Source: Candidatus Hydrogenedentota bacterium (lineage in GTDB: Bacteria; Hydrogenedentota; Hydrogenedentia; Hydrogenedentales; SLHB01). From it: 64,000 nucleotides of DNA. Every line of letters begins with the position of its first letter. The stretch's first letter is position 1. Shown here piece by piece: positions 48,848 to 58,805 of this stretch. The notes under the pieces were generated by a model. It was not told the origin of the DNA. It made no database searches and saw only the letters and a program-made list of their open reading frames with translations. Location: NCBI GenBank assembly GCA_013359265.1, contig JABWCD010000005.1, positions 73,678 through 137,677 of the forward strand. The letters run 5' to 3'. The translations under genes and the position numbers were made by a program.

Positions 48848-49243
48848 CTATCGACTGCAGGTCCAGAATCCGTCACGCCACACTCTGTATGTCTTCGTCG
48901 TGTAGTGTCCGGGCACCCAGACTTTCGTGTGGTAACCGTTGGACACCATCACGGTGAACGTGACGCCGTGTACCGTCTTGTGTTTGTAGACGGGCGGCAC
49001 ATAGTCCGTTCGGTAGTAGCCGGGGACCCACACTCGCTGATACACGGTTTCGTAGCGGCCGGGGACGTACTTGCAGTGTTTCCCGTGCTGATGGTGGCCG
49101 TGATGACCGCCATGCGGTTCGCCAACCGCGATGTTCGGCACGTAGAAGTTGTAGGGAGCCGTAACCGAAACGCTGGCGCCGTGGGCCCAGGCCGGCGCCG
49201 AAATCAGCGCTACTGTGAGGGCCGCAATTGTATACCTTCGCAT
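48848..49243 (-). CDS. secreted His-rich protein with YXWGXW-like (WVPG.Y) repeats
   Basis: signal peptide ending AWA; HGGHHGHHQHGKH; YVPGRY, WVPGYY, WVPGHY; GAAAGGAG RBS. Confidence 0.7.
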   Translation of the reverse strand: MRRYTIAALTVALISAPAWAHGASVSVTAPYNFYVPNIAVGEPHGGHHGHHQHGKHCKYVPGRYETVYQRVWVPGYYRTDYVPPVYKHKTVHGVTFTVMVSNGYHTKVWVPGHYTTKTYRVWRDGFWTCSR

Positions 49244-49409
49244 AACCAACGCTCCTTTCGTCTGCTGGGATTGTTCCAGCCTTGCGTTCGCAATACTCGT
49301 AGATCAGGACGCGCGGGGGGATGCCGCATTCATTCCGGCGTAGACGGGGCGCGGATTTGACGTTATGCGGAAATCGTGACGACGCGCACGGAATGGGGGA
49401 GACGGGGCG

Positions 49410-50309
49410 TTACGAGAACAGGCGGCGAATCGAGCCGAAGAGGCCGGGCTTTCCCAAGGTGACGGGCTTTGCGCCTTGGGCCATGCTCGTCTTGAACGGC
49501 TGTTCCAAGACTCGCACCAGCAGCACTGTCACGTTGTCCGGCGCGCCGCCTTCAAGCGCGCGGCCGACGAGTACGCGCGCGGCGCCTTGCAGATTGCCGC
49601 CGGTAAGTATGCCTGCGATGGTGTTGTCATCGACGAGGTTCGACAATCCATCCGAACACATCATGATTGTATCGCCGACTTTGAGCCTGACGGCGTAGAG
49701 GTCTGCCTTCACGGCGTCTTTTGTTCCGACCGCGCGCGTGATGAGGTTTTTCAGCGAATGCGTGCGGGCTTCGTCTTCCGAGATGTATCCGTTGCGCACT
49801 TGTTCGGCCACGAGGCTGTGGTCTTCCGTGACCTGGTACAGGGCGTCGCGGTAGAGGTAGAGGCGGCTGTCGCCGACGTGCGCGATGTACGCGTGATCGC
49901 CGTGCACGAGCAGCGCGCACATGGTGGTGCCCATTCCGTAGAACTCGGGATGATTCTCCGCTTCCTGGAAGATGCGGCGGTTGGCCTGGCTGACGGCTTC
50001 CTGCAAGCGCTCGGGCGCGGTGGTCTCGTTGCGCGCGTAATATTCCTCGACGAGCGTTTGCAGACCGAGCCGGCTGGCAAAGTCGCCGCCGCTCACGCCG
50101 CCCATCCCGTCGGCCACGGCAAATAGAATGCCGCGTTCGCGGGCGAGTTCCCTGTCCTCCGGGACGCACAGCGTGCAGCCGTCTTCGTTGCGCTGCCGCT
50201 TCTTGCCCACGTCCGACAACAGGTGCGCTTCGAGAAACGGACCGGACCAGTGATATTCAAAATTTCCGCCGCGGGGCGGACCTAGTTGGGTCTGTGGAAT
50301 TACCGCCAT
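49410..50309 (-). CDS. PP2C-family Ser/Thr phosphatase (Stp1/PrpC-like)
   Basis: SDVGKKRQRNED, VADGMGG, GMGTT, HVGDSR, DHS, CSDGL, DNVT. Confidence 0.93.
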   Translation of the reverse strand: MAVIPQTQLGPPRGGNFEYHWSGPFLEAHLLSDVGKKRQRNEDGCTLCVPEDRELARERGILFAVADGMGGVSGGDFASRLGLQTLVEEYYARNETTAPERLQEAVSQANRRIFQEAENHPEFYGMGTTMCALLVHGDHAYIAHVGDSRLYLYRDALYQVTEDHSLVAEQVRNGYISEDEARTHSLKNLITRAVGTKDAVKADLYAVRLKVGDTIMMCSDGLSNLVDDNTIAGILTGGNLQGAARVLVGRALEGGAPDNVTVLLVRVLEQPFKTSMAQGAKPVTLGKPGLFGSIRRLFS

Positions 50310-50422
50310 CCGGTTTTTTCATTCCTGCGATGCAGTGCGAATGTGCGCGCGAATTCGCCGCAGCTCATGGCCGCACCCGGTTAGTATCTGCCTATAGTTT
50401 ACCGTATTCCCCGCAGCGGGGT

Positions 50423-50452
50423 ATTCTAGGGGCGGATTCCGGCGCATTGCAA
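50423..50452 (-). promoter_or_regulatory. putative sigma70 promoter
   Basis: minus strand TTGCAA-18 bp-TAGAAT. Confidence 0.5.
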
Positions 50453-50456
50453 CCGT

Positions 50457-51479
50457 TTAACTGGCGCGCGACGGCCTGGCCGGACGCCTGGGCGCGGCGA
50501 GCTTGATGACCAGCAGTTCGAGCGCGAGGGTCCGGTCGACGCCGGTCGAGCGGAGCATCACTTCCGTATTCATGCACAGCGCGAACGCGTCGCGAAACTT
50601 TTCCTTTCCGAGCTTTTCCGCGAGGGGTCTGACCTTGTTTGCCAGGAACGGTTTCACGCGGGAGGCGTTGGCCGTCGCGGCGAAATAGGCGGTCTTGATA
50701 AGCCACGTGATCGTGCTGAGAATCTCGAACTCGCTCTTGTTCATGTCGAGCACGGTCCGCAAGGTCAGCAGCGCCGTGCGGGTGTCGGACTGCGCGATGG
50801 CGTCCGTCAGCGTCCAAATCTCGTCCTCGGCCACGTCGGCGCACGCCGCGTGTACATCGGACTCCTGAATTGTCGATTCCGTGCCGATGTAATTACAGAC
50901 GAGTGTGACCGCGTTGAGCACGTCAGAGAGTTTTGTGCCGCTGCGTTCGACGAGCAGTACGGACGCATTCGCGCCAAGCGTTTTTCCACGCGCTTGTGCC
51001 TCGTTCCGTGCCCATGCCGCGGCTTCCCGCTCGTGCATTTCCGGGCATTCGACGACGACGCCGTGCTTCTCGCACAGTTTGAACAACCTCAATCGCTTGT
51101 CGATCCGCGGGGCGATGAGCATGAGTATCGTGGTGTCGTTCGGCGATTCGAGATAGGCGTGCAAGGCCGCGCCGCTGGATTCGGACTCGTACTTGTCGGC
51201 TGCGTGCACGACAACGACGCGGTACTCCGTGAGAAAGGGGAGCGTGCGCGCGGCGTCGACAACATCCGAGGCGGCGGTTTCGTCGCCGTAGTAGAGGTGG
51301 TAGCTGAGGTCGCGCATCGAGGGTTCGACGTGGCGCGCGACGACATCATCGACCGCGCGGTGGGCCAGCAGCGGTTCAAACGTCGCTTCGCGCGCTTTCG
51401 GCGCCCGGTGCGGACAGAAGAGGTAGACGTTTGCGGGTTTGCCTTTACCGCTTGTCTTCAGGAATTCGGCGACGTCCAC
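50457..51479 (-). CDS. holA: DNA polymerase III delta subunit
   Basis: ARTLPFLTEYRVVVV, YLESP, DKRLRLFK, IWTLTDAI; follows lptE as in many diderms. Confidence 0.88.
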   Translation of the reverse strand: MDVAEFLKTSGKGKPANVYLFCPHRAPKAREATFEPLLAHRAVDDVVARHVEPSMRDLSYHLYYGDETAASDVVDAARTLPFLTEYRVVVVHAADKYESESSGAALHAYLESPNDTTILMLIAPRIDKRLRLFKLCEKHGVVVECPEMHEREAAAWARNEAQARGKTLGANASVLLVERSGTKLSDVLNAVTLVCNYIGTESTIQESDVHAACADVAEDEIWTLTDAIAQSDTRTALLTLRTVLDMNKSEFEILSTITWLIKTAYFAATANASRVKPFLANKVRPLAEKLGKEKFRDAFALCMNTEVMLRSTGVDRTLALELLVIKLAAPRRPARPSRAS

Positions 51480-51482
51480 GGC

Positions 51483-52043
51483 CTACCAAGGCTCGACCGT
51501 GCGATAGAAAATGTCCGAGGCGAGTTGTTCGAGCGCTTCGGATGCGCCGCGGTTTTCCTCTTCCGTCGAAAACGAACGTACGCTCGGCAGGAACGCTTCG
51601 GCATTGCCGCGGAGGCGGTCCGACGACTGGCCGGACGCGCGCGTGTAGAAGCTGGTTTCGCCGGCCATCGTTTTCTCTTCCCATACGACGCGGCCGGTGC
51701 CGCCTTCCGTAAGGCGCGCGCTCGCGAGCACAACACAGAGGAACTGGGTCACTTCGTCGTCTTCGTCGTAGGTGATGCCCTTTAGGCGGTAATCGCGAAT
51801 GATGCCTTCGAGGACGAGGTCGGCCTCGCCTCGCCCGACGACGCGCAGGCGCCCGTCGGTGATGAATTTCCGCGTGATCGCGTTGGTGAGCGGCGCCTGA
51901 AGGTCGTACTGGCGGCTCGTGTTCTGGAACGCGGACACGAAGATTGTCTGGTACTTCTCGTCCAGCGAACTTTTCGTGGTGTATCCACAGCCCGCCGAAA
52001 TCAATACCCCGCCGGCGAGCAGGGGCAACAGGAGCCGGCGCAT
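51483..52043 (-). CDS. lptE: LptE family lipoprotein
   Basis: lipobox SAGC followed by GY; TIFVSAFQN..LTNAI..ADLVLEGII; lies between bamD and holA. Confidence 0.8.
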   Translation of the reverse strand: MRRLLLPLLAGGVLISAGCGYTTKSSLDEKYQTIFVSAFQNTSRQYDLQAPLTNAITRKFITDGRLRVVGRGEADLVLEGIIRDYRLKGITYDEDDEVTQFLCVVLASARLTEGGTGRVVWEEKTMAGETSFYTRASGQSSDRLRGNAEAFLPSVRSFSTEEENRGASEALEQLASDIFYRTVEPW

Positions 52044-53026
52044 TACGACGGGGCCTGCCAACGCTTGCTGTGTCCGTGCTGTTCCAACCATGCCTGGGCT
52101 TCCGGCGCGGAGGTCGTACTCGGGAACTGCTCGACGACCACCTCATAGTAGATAGCCGCGGAATCGAACTTGCGGCGCTTCTCGTAAAACTTCGCCGTGC
52201 GCAACCGCTGTTCGGCGACGCGGTTCAACATCTCGGTCTTGATGGAATCCAGTTCGGCGACGCGGCTGTCGTCGGGGAATTTTCGCTTGAAATTGTCGAC
52301 CGCATCGACGGCCAACAAGCTGGGCGATTGGTCGTACGCCGGCGGACGCGAGTCCTTGTAATGGCACATGGCCAGGCCGTGGCTCGCTTCGTCCACGTAG
52401 TCCGATGCGGCGTAATCGTCGATGACGCGCTGATACTCGAACGCCGCTTCCCTATATTCTTCCAACGTGTAGTGGCAGAGGCCTACCTTGTACTGTGCCT
52501 GGGCCGCGGAATCCGTAAACGGCTGGTTGTCGATCACCATCGCGTACACGGTTATCGCGCGGCGGAACGGCCGCTTGCGGAACGGGTGCCACCAGCCCTT
52601 GTTCAGGTTCGCGGTGCCGCGATCGTAGAAGTGGTCGCCGATCTCGTATTGTTTCGCAATGACTTGATCGAACAAGTCGCTGTCGGGATAGACAGCGACG
52701 ACTTGCTGAAATTCCTTCGCTGCCGGCAGCAGATCGCCTTGCGCCAACATGATCTCGCCACGGAGATACTGGTTGTCGTCCGCCCATTCCGTGTCGCTGT
52801 AGTAGTCCTTGAACTTCTCGGTTTCGCGCAGGGCCTTTTTGTAGTCGCCTTGGACCATGAGGCTGCGCGCGAACTCGACTTGGAGTTCGGGGGTTTCTTT
52901 GGGAAGGCGCTTCACGTTGATCCACCGGCCGGTCTGCGGACTCCACGTCCACTGGGCCTGGGCGACACCCTGAACCATCACCGTCAGCGCGATTGCCGCG
53001 CCTACCCACCGCAACATGCTGTGCAT
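52043..53026 (-). CDS. bamD: outer membrane protein assembly factor BamD-like TPR protein
   Basis: TPR helices; YDQS, F..KFPD, AKFYEKR..AAIYY..V.EQFP. Confidence 0.78.
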   Translation of the reverse strand: MHSMLRWVGAAIALTVMVQGVAQAQWTWSPQTGRWINVKRLPKETPELQVEFARSLMVQGDYKKALRETEKFKDYYSDTEWADDNQYLRGEIMLAQGDLLPAAKEFQQVVAVYPDSDLFDQVIAKQYEIGDHFYDRGTANLNKGWWHPFRKRPFRRAITVYAMVIDNQPFTDSAAQAQYKVGLCHYTLEEYREAAFEYQRVIDDYAASDYVDEASHGLAMCHYKDSRPPAYDQSPSLLAVDAVDNFKRKFPDDSRVAELDSIKTEMLNRVAEQRLRTAKFYEKRRKFDSAAIYYEVVVEQFPSTTSAPEAQAWLEQHGHSKRWQAPS

Positions 53027-53116
53027 GTACAGGTCTCCTGGCTCCATAAATTGTGCCGAACAAGTCTACACTAGGAGACTTCACCCCCGCAAAGACCCAC
53101 CATCGGCGTCGTCAAC

Positions 53117-53145
53117 ATTCTAACAAGAGCTCCGGAGTGGTGCAA
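53117..53145 (-). promoter_or_regulatory. putative sigma70 promoter of bamD-lptE-holA
   Basis: minus strand TTGCAC-17 bp-TAGAAT. Confidence 0.55.
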
Positions 53146-53156
53146 GGGCCGAGTTT

Positions 53157-53192
53157 TGAAGGACCTAAGGGACCAAAAGGACAGGAAGGACC
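53157..53192. repeat. degenerate 9-mer tandem repeat (nnAAGGACn)
   Basis: GAAGGACCT AAGGGACCA AAAGGACAG GAAGGACCG. Confidence 0.55.
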
Positions 53193-53474
53193 GACCGAAC
53201 CGAAGGGGCACGGATGTCGCACTTATTCGTGCATGGACGCACGGGCACGATGCCCGTGCTCCCTTTGTGCGCAAGACAGAGCGAGGGTGAAACACGGCCC
53301 AGCCTTTGCGCAGCCCGTCATTTGGACGGACGATATGTCTGTCCATACTCGCCAATTTACGATGTCCGTTTGGACAATGGCGGCGGGCTTCGACGTTGAG
53401 GGGAGAGCGTCCCGGCTTTGCGCTCGATTCGGCTGCCTTGCGATACAGCCGGCGTTCGAGGCGGCCATTATTCC

Positions 53475-53503
53475 TTGACGGTTTCGCGCAAAGCGAGTAG
53501 TAT
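53475..53503 (+). promoter_or_regulatory. putative sigma70 promoter of the MFS transporter
   Basis: TTGACG-17 bp-TAGTAT. Confidence 0.55.
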
Positions 53504-53661
53504 CTCGCCTAACCGCTGCGCGGCGGGGGCCGGGTGCGAAATCCTTATCAGACGCGGGAGGCGCGTGTCTGCGCGAGGCCGCTCCGGTAAACGCTGTAGC
53601 AGCAAAGAGGGCGTCACGCTGGGAAGGGCCCCAGCCGTAACACGAGAGGGAAGGGGATAAC

Positions 53662-55239
53662 ATGGGTGCGCAAGCCGAAGCCGGCCAGACCAAGGCCGAC
53701 AAAGCACTGTTCTGGGCCTGTTTCATGTCGCTCATTGCGACGGCGTTCGGGTTCGTTGTCCGCAGCATGATCATCAAGGACCTTGGCGCGGAGTTCGACT
53801 TGTCGCCGACGCAACAGGGCGAAATTTTCGGCGCGGGGCTGTGGCCGTTCGCCATAAGTATCGTGCTGTTCAGCTTAATCGTGGACAAGATCGGTTACGG
53901 CCGGGCGATGGCGTTCGCGTTCGTTTGCCACGTCGTTTCGTGCGTGATGACGATCTTCGCGACGGGATACTGGTCGCTCTATCTCGCGACGTTCATCATG
54001 ACGCTGGGCAATGGTTCGGTCGAGGCTGTTATCAATCCCGTCGTCGCCACGATGTTCTCGAAAGAGAAGACGAAGTGGCTCAATATCCTGCACGCGGGTT
54101 GGCCAGGCGGTTTGGTGGTTGGCGGCGTGATGGCGATTGCTCTAACGGCTTTCGGAATAGAAAGCTGGAAGTGGAAGGTCGGTCTGGTGCTAATTCCGAC
54201 CATCGTGTATGGCGTCATGATGATTGGGCACAAGTTCCCGGTGCACGAACGCGTCGCGGCGGGCGTCTCGTATCATGCGATGTTGAAGGAAGTCGGCATT
54301 CTCGGCGCACTCATCATCGTCAGCTTGATGACGTTCGAAGTGGGGCGCGTGTTTGATTTTGCGCGATTCGGTGCGTTTGAAATCGCCGGTGGAAAGATTC
54401 CGTACCTCAACATTGCGATCATCGTCGTGTTGGTCGGGGCGTTTGGCGCGTTCACGAAATCGTTGGGCCAACCTCTGTTCATATTCCTGCTGTTCATCAT
54501 GATGCCGCTTGCGACCACGGAACTTGGTACGGATAGCTGGATCACGCCGTTGATGGAAGGCGAGATGGGCAAGCTCGGTCTGAACGCCGCGTGGGTTCTT
54601 GTGTACACGTCGTTCATCATGATGGTGTTGCGGTTCAGCGCGGGTTCGATTGTGCACCGCATTTCGCCGCTCGGATTGCTCGCGGCGAGCGCGGCGATCG
54701 CGGCACTGGGGCTAGTCTCACTTTCGTATGCGTCGGGCGTGATGATCCTGCTGGCGGCGACTTTGTACGCGTTCGGCAAGACGTTTTTCTGGCCGACGAT
54801 GCTCGGTGTCGTGGCGGAGCGCTTCCCGAAGGGCGGCGCGATGACGATTAACACCATCGCGGGCGTGGGCATGCTCAGTGTGGGAATCGTGGGCGCGGTG
54901 TTCATGGGCAAGATTCAGGACAGCGCGATCGACCGCGACCTGCTCGCGTACGATCAGAAGAACAACACCCAGTTCCACGCCAACCTGGTCACGGAGAAGA
55001 AGACCAGTATCTTCGGCGATTACTTGACCGTCGACCAGAAGAAACTCGAAGCGGAGAGCGAGGAGAACAAGGCGGTCGTGAAGGAGGTTAGCATGCTCGC
55101 GAGCAAGGGCGCACTGCGCACGGTCGCCGTGCTCCCGTGCATCATGCTCGTGTGTTATATCATCCTAATCGTTTATTTCCAATCGCAGGGCGGCTATAAG
55201 CCGATTCACCTCGAAGGGGAAGGCGGAAGCGCGCACTAG
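53662..55239 (+). CDS. MFS transporter
   Basis: many TM helices; motif A-like DKIGYG; GNGSVEAVINP, HAGWPGG, WPTMLG. Confidence 0.9.
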   Translation: MGAQAEAGQTKADKALFWACFMSLIATAFGFVVRSMIIKDLGAEFDLSPTQQGEIFGAGLWPFAISIVLFSLIVDKIGYGRAMAFAFVCHVVSCVMTIFATGYWSLYLATFIMTLGNGSVEAVINPVVATMFSKEKTKWLNILHAGWPGGLVVGGVMAIALTAFGIESWKWKVGLVLIPTIVYGVMMIGHKFPVHERVAAGVSYHAMLKEVGILGALIIVSLMTFEVGRVFDFARFGAFEIAGGKIPYLNIAIIVVLVGAFGAFTKSLGQPLFIFLLFIMMPLATTELGTDSWITPLMEGEMGKLGLNAAWVLVYTSFIMMVLRFSAGSIVHRISPLGLLAASAAIAALGLVSLSYASGVMILLAATLYAFGKTFFWPTMLGVVAERFPKGGAMTINTIAGVGMLSVGIVGAVFMGKIQDSAIDRDLLAYDQKNNTQFHANLVTEKKTSIFGDYLTVDQKKLEAESEENKAVVKEVSMLASKGALRTVAVLPCIMLVCYIILIVYFQSQGGYKPIHLEGEGGSAH

Positions 55240-55260
55240 CAACGCTACAAACGTATTCAG

Positions 55261-55297
55261 CGGGGCGCGGCACGTGCGAGTGCCGCGCCCCGTTTTT
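55261..55297 (+). terminator. rho-independent terminator
   Basis: 13-bp stem CGGGGCGCGGCAC / GTGCCGCGCCCCG, 6-nt loop, TTTTT. Confidence 0.85.
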
Positions 55298-55370
55298 ACT
55301 ATATAGCGATGCGTGAAGCGATGGCTTGCTCGTGATACACTTGCATTGTTTGAAGCAAGGAAACTAAGCA

Positions 55371-55577
55371 ATGGCAACCCCATCTATTGTGCCTCGATTC
55401 ATTGTGGACGAGTCCGGAAAGCGCACGCAGGTGGTGCTTTCGGTTCGTGATTACAATCGACTTCTCGCTGCATGGGAAGACGTCGCGGATGCGCGGGATT
55501 TCGGCGAGGCCAAGCGCACTTCGAAGACCTTCGTGCCGCTTTCTAAGTTAAGCCAAACGCGTAAGCGCCGCAAGTAG
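55371..55577 (+). CDS. small antitoxin-like protein (RelB/Phd-type), no partner toxin seen
   Basis: FIVDESGKRTQVVLSVRDYNRLL..WEDVAD pattern; AAGGA RBS. Confidence 0.6.
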   Translation: MATPSIVPRFIVDESGKRTQVVLSVRDYNRLLAAWEDVADARDFGEAKRTSKTFVPLSKLSQTRKRRK

Positions 55578-55712
55578 ACGTGAGTCAGAAGTACGAAGGG
55601 CGAGCACGAAGAAATCGTGTTGAGAGTGTTTTGGCGACGTTGCAATCCCTGACTCCACTTCGCACAATACCTCGATTCCGCTTGGGGAGCGGGTGAGAGG
55701 GAGCTTTGCCGA

Positions 55713-57233
55713 ATGAGTTTGTTGGGGTTGGATGTCGGCACGACCGGCACCAAGGGCGTCGCGTTCGATCTCGATGGCAAGCCAATTGCCTCGGCATACC
55801 GCGAATATCCGTTGCTGTCGCCGCGGCCGGGTTGGCAAGAACTCGAACCCGAGCACGTGTGGCGTTGCGTGCGCGAGGTGTTGGGGGAAGTCGCGCAAAA
55901 GACGAAGGGCGATCCGATCCGTGCGATGGCGATGTCCGCGCAGGGGGAGGCGGTCCATGCTGTCGGCAAAGATGGGTCGTGTCTCACGAACAGCCCGGTT
56001 ACCTTCGATGCGCGTACGGCGGACCTGCCGGCGTGGTGGCTCGAGCGCAAATCGCGCATGGACCTTGCCCAGATATCCGGGATGCCGCTGCACGGCATGT
56101 ATTCGCTGAACAAGATTCTGTGGTTCAAGCAAAACCAGCCTGAGGTCTTCGCCAAGGCGGCGCGCTTTCACTGCTACGAAGACTTTGTGCAGTTGCGCCT
56201 CGGCATCGATCCGATTATGAGTCACAGTCTCGCTGCGCGGACTATGGCGCTCGACGTGCGAAAGGGCGACTGGTCGCACGAATTGCTCGATATCGCCGGT
56301 GTGCCGTGCGAACTGTTGCCGAAGACTGCCGCGTCGGGGACCGTAGCCGGCACGATTCCGGACGCGGTTGCGAACGACATAGGGCTTCCGCGCGGCATCG
56401 TTGTGTCGACGGGCGGACACGACCAACCGGCGGGAGCGCTTGGTGCGGGGATTCTCGAGAGCGGGGAGGCGGTGTATGCGACGGGGACAGTCGACTGTAT
56501 CTGCCCCATATATGAGACCTACTCGGTCACCGAGCGGACCGTGGCGGGAAACCTTTGCTGTTATCCAAGTTGTGTGCCTGGTCTCTATGCGTCGATTGCG
56601 TTCAATTTTACGGGCGGATCGCTGCTGAAATGGTATCGGGACACTTTCGCGGCGGAGGAGCGGCGGGAGGCGGACGCGGCGGGTAAAGACGTCTACGAGA
56701 TTCTCTGTGACGCCGTACCTGCTGACCCTGAGAAACTCCTTATACTGCCGCACTTTACGGTGACGGGCACCCCGCATTTCGACACCGCCAGCCGGGGCGC
56801 GATCCTGGGTTTGACGTTGAACACGACCCGCGCGGAGATTGTGTCCGCAGTCCTCTCCGGCGTCACGTATGAAATGAAACTGAACCTCGAAATGTTACAA
56901 TCCGCAGGAGTTGGGATAGCGCGCTTACGCGCGGTTGGGGGCGGCGCGAAGAGCGCCGTCTGGACGCAGCGTAAGGCGGACATTATGGGCGTACCCGTCG
57001 CGGTATTGGAGACGACCGAGGCCGCGTCGCTGGGTGTTGCACTCCTGGCCGGGCAGGCAGCAGGGCTTGTCACGGACGTGAAAGCCGCGCTGGCGGGCGC
57101 GGTGAAAATCCTGTATGTGTGCGATCCCGATGCACGCCGCTCGCGGGAATACGCCGAGCGGTATGCCGTGTATCGAGATGTGTACGGAGCGTTAAAGGAC
57201 GTCAACCACCGGTTGGCGGGCTTGGACAAGTAG
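55713..57233 (+). CDS. FGGY-family carbohydrate kinase (xylulokinase-like)
   Basis: LGLDVGTTGTK, D.R, GGHDQ, TGT, GGGAKS..W.QRKADI. Confidence 0.9.
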   Translation: MSLLGLDVGTTGTKGVAFDLDGKPIASAYREYPLLSPRPGWQELEPEHVWRCVREVLGEVAQKTKGDPIRAMAMSAQGEAVHAVGKDGSCLTNSPVTFDARTADLPAWWLERKSRMDLAQISGMPLHGMYSLNKILWFKQNQPEVFAKAARFHCYEDFVQLRLGIDPIMSHSLAARTMALDVRKGDWSHELLDIAGVPCELLPKTAASGTVAGTIPDAVANDIGLPRGIVVSTGGHDQPAGALGAGILESGEAVYATGTVDCICPIYETYSVTERTVAGNLCCYPSCVPGLYASIAFNFTGGSLLKWYRDTFAAEERREADAAGKDVYEILCDAVPADPEKLLILPHFTVTGTPHFDTASRGAILGLTLNTTRAEIVSAVLSGVTYEMKLNLEMLQSAGVGIARLRAVGGGAKSAVWTQRKADIMGVPVAVLETTEAASLGVALLAGQAAGLVTDVKAALAGAVKILYVCDPDARRSREYAERYAVYRDVYGALKDVNHRLAGLDK

Positions 57234-57248
57234 GCAGGCGTACGAGTC

Positions 57249-58007
57249 GTGACTTCAAGAAAGCGCTGGCAGAACATCTACACCGAGGACAACCCGTTTG
57301 CGCTGCCGCAGGCGGTCGCGGGCGCGTTGACGCGGTGTTGCAAAGGTCATGAAGGCGACACGTGCCAGGGCGTGAAGTACTTGTGGATTCACCTGCCCGG
57401 AACGGCCGAGAAGGCCGCCGCGGACGCCGCGGAAAAATCACTGTCCCCCGACGAATGGATGTGTGTAATCGATGAGGCTTCCTCGATAGGGGTGAAAAGC
57501 ATCATCGTCAGCGTGGGGAGTCCTCTTCAGCAAGTTCCCCAACTGCTGCAACTGTGTCAGTGGGCGCAGACTGCGCACGAGATGGTCGTCGGCATCCATG
57601 CCTATGTGCCGCTCGATCCCGGTGACGCCGGGGTGCTGCGCAAGTTGAACGCGAGCAAGACCCGCGTTTTCGCCGATGGTGAGCATATCGAATCCGCGCG
57701 GTTTGTCGAGGAACTCGGCATTCCGCTTCACTGCGCGGACGGCCTGCACGATCACGAGGAACAGCCGCATTGCGACCTGCCATCGACGATGGCGTGCGTC
57801 GGCCCCGAGGGCACGATGTACACGTGCGGGCTTGTGCTCGGCCAAGAGCAGTTCAGCCTTGGGCACTTTTTCGGACGAAAGTTGACCAGTGTGATTAAGG
57901 ACAACTCGTTGCCGCACGAAATCCCCGCGGGTTCGTCCACCAGCACCCATCGCTGCAACGGGTGCCCTCCGCTCATGGCCAAGCGCATGCAGGAAGATGT
58001 GCTATAG
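57249..58007 (+). CDS. degenerate radical-SAM-like protein with SPASM/Twitch-like C-terminus
   Basis: LWIHL..LSPDEW..VIDEA..GV..I.VSVGSPL resembles PqqE-type core; C..ACVGPEGTMYTC..LGH..C.GC; no CxxxCxxC. Confidence 0.6.
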   Translation: MTSRKRWQNIYTEDNPFALPQAVAGALTRCCKGHEGDTCQGVKYLWIHLPGTAEKAAADAAEKSLSPDEWMCVIDEASSIGVKSIIVSVGSPLQQVPQLLQLCQWAQTAHEMVVGIHAYVPLDPGDAGVLRKLNASKTRVFADGEHIESARFVEELGIPLHCADGLHDHEEQPHCDLPSTMACVGPEGTMYTCGLVLGQEQFSLGHFFGRKLTSVIKDNSLPHEIPAGSSTSTHRCNGCPPLMAKRMQEDVL

Positions 58008-58052
58008 TCCGAGCGGTGACCGCCGGGCAGAAACCGTAACGGGAGTCCGCGC

Positions 58053-58805
58053 GTGAAGCTGCTCGTCGTTTCCGATCTGCACTATAGCATCAAGCAATTC
58101 GACTGGTTGCTCGATCGCGCCGCGCGGCACGACATGCTCGTGTTGGCGGGCGACCTGCTCGATCTAGCCGGGCACGCGGATGTCGACACGCAGATCGTCG
58201 TTGTCGAGAAATACTTGAAGCGCCTCGCGGCTATTGTTCCCGTAGCGGTATGCTCCGGCAACCACGACCTCGACGACGAAAACGCGGAGGGCGAGCGCTG
58301 CGCGGAATGGTTGCAACATGTGCAAATCGAAAATGTGTCCGTAGACCGGCAATCGGTCTTCTTCGATGGACTCATGATCACGATTTGCCCGTGGTGGGAA
58401 GGGGACGACGCCAAGTCACGCGTTGAGTCCCTTCTCGAGTCTGACGCGGCGCGCCGGGGCGAGGCGCGATGGATTTGGGTCTACCACGCTCCGCCCACGG
58501 GTTCCAGGACTTCATGGAACGGGAAAGTGTATTCCGGCGATGCGTTCGTGGCGGAACTGATCGCCCGGCTCAAACCGGGAATCGTCCTGGGCGGGCATAT
58601 CCACAACTCGCCGTTCTACGCGATGGGCTCGTGGCACGATCGCATCGGCGAAACGTGGGTGTTTAACCCCGGTCGGCAGATGTCTTCGATACCCACATGC
58701 ATCTCGATCGATTTTGACACCATGCAAGCCACATGGGAATCGTCGGAGGGTGAAGAGACGATCGACCTGAACGCGCCGGAACAAACCTACTCGCCGGCCG
58801 TCTGA
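58053..58805 (+). CDS. metallophosphoesterase (calcineurin-like, Icc-related)
   Basis: SDLH, GDLLD, GNHD, HAPP, GHIH, NPG. Confidence 0.9.
   Translation: MKLLVVSDLHYSIKQFDWLLDRAARHDMLVLAGDLLDLAGHADVDTQIVVVEKYLKRLAAIVPVAVCSGNHDLDDENAEGERCAEWLQHVQIENVSVDRQSVFFDGLMITICPWWEGDDAKSRVESLLESDAARRGEARWIWVYHAPPTGSRTSWNGKVYSGDAFVAELIARLKPGIVLGGHIHNSPFYAMGSWHDRIGETWVFNPGRQMSSIPTCISIDFDTMQATWESSEGEETIDLNAPEQTYSPAV

Noticed and set aside
48390-48876. ORFs spanning tRNA-Pro (likewise ORFs over the Gly/Lys tRNAs)
   Set aside because: Translations of tRNA sequence, not integrase fragments
53510-53660. cobalamin riboswitch in the MFS leader (GGTGCGAAATCC, CTGGGAAGG)
   Set aside because: Lacks the AGGGAA, CCCGCnACTGT and GCCACTG core elements; an Rfam/Infernal scan would settle it
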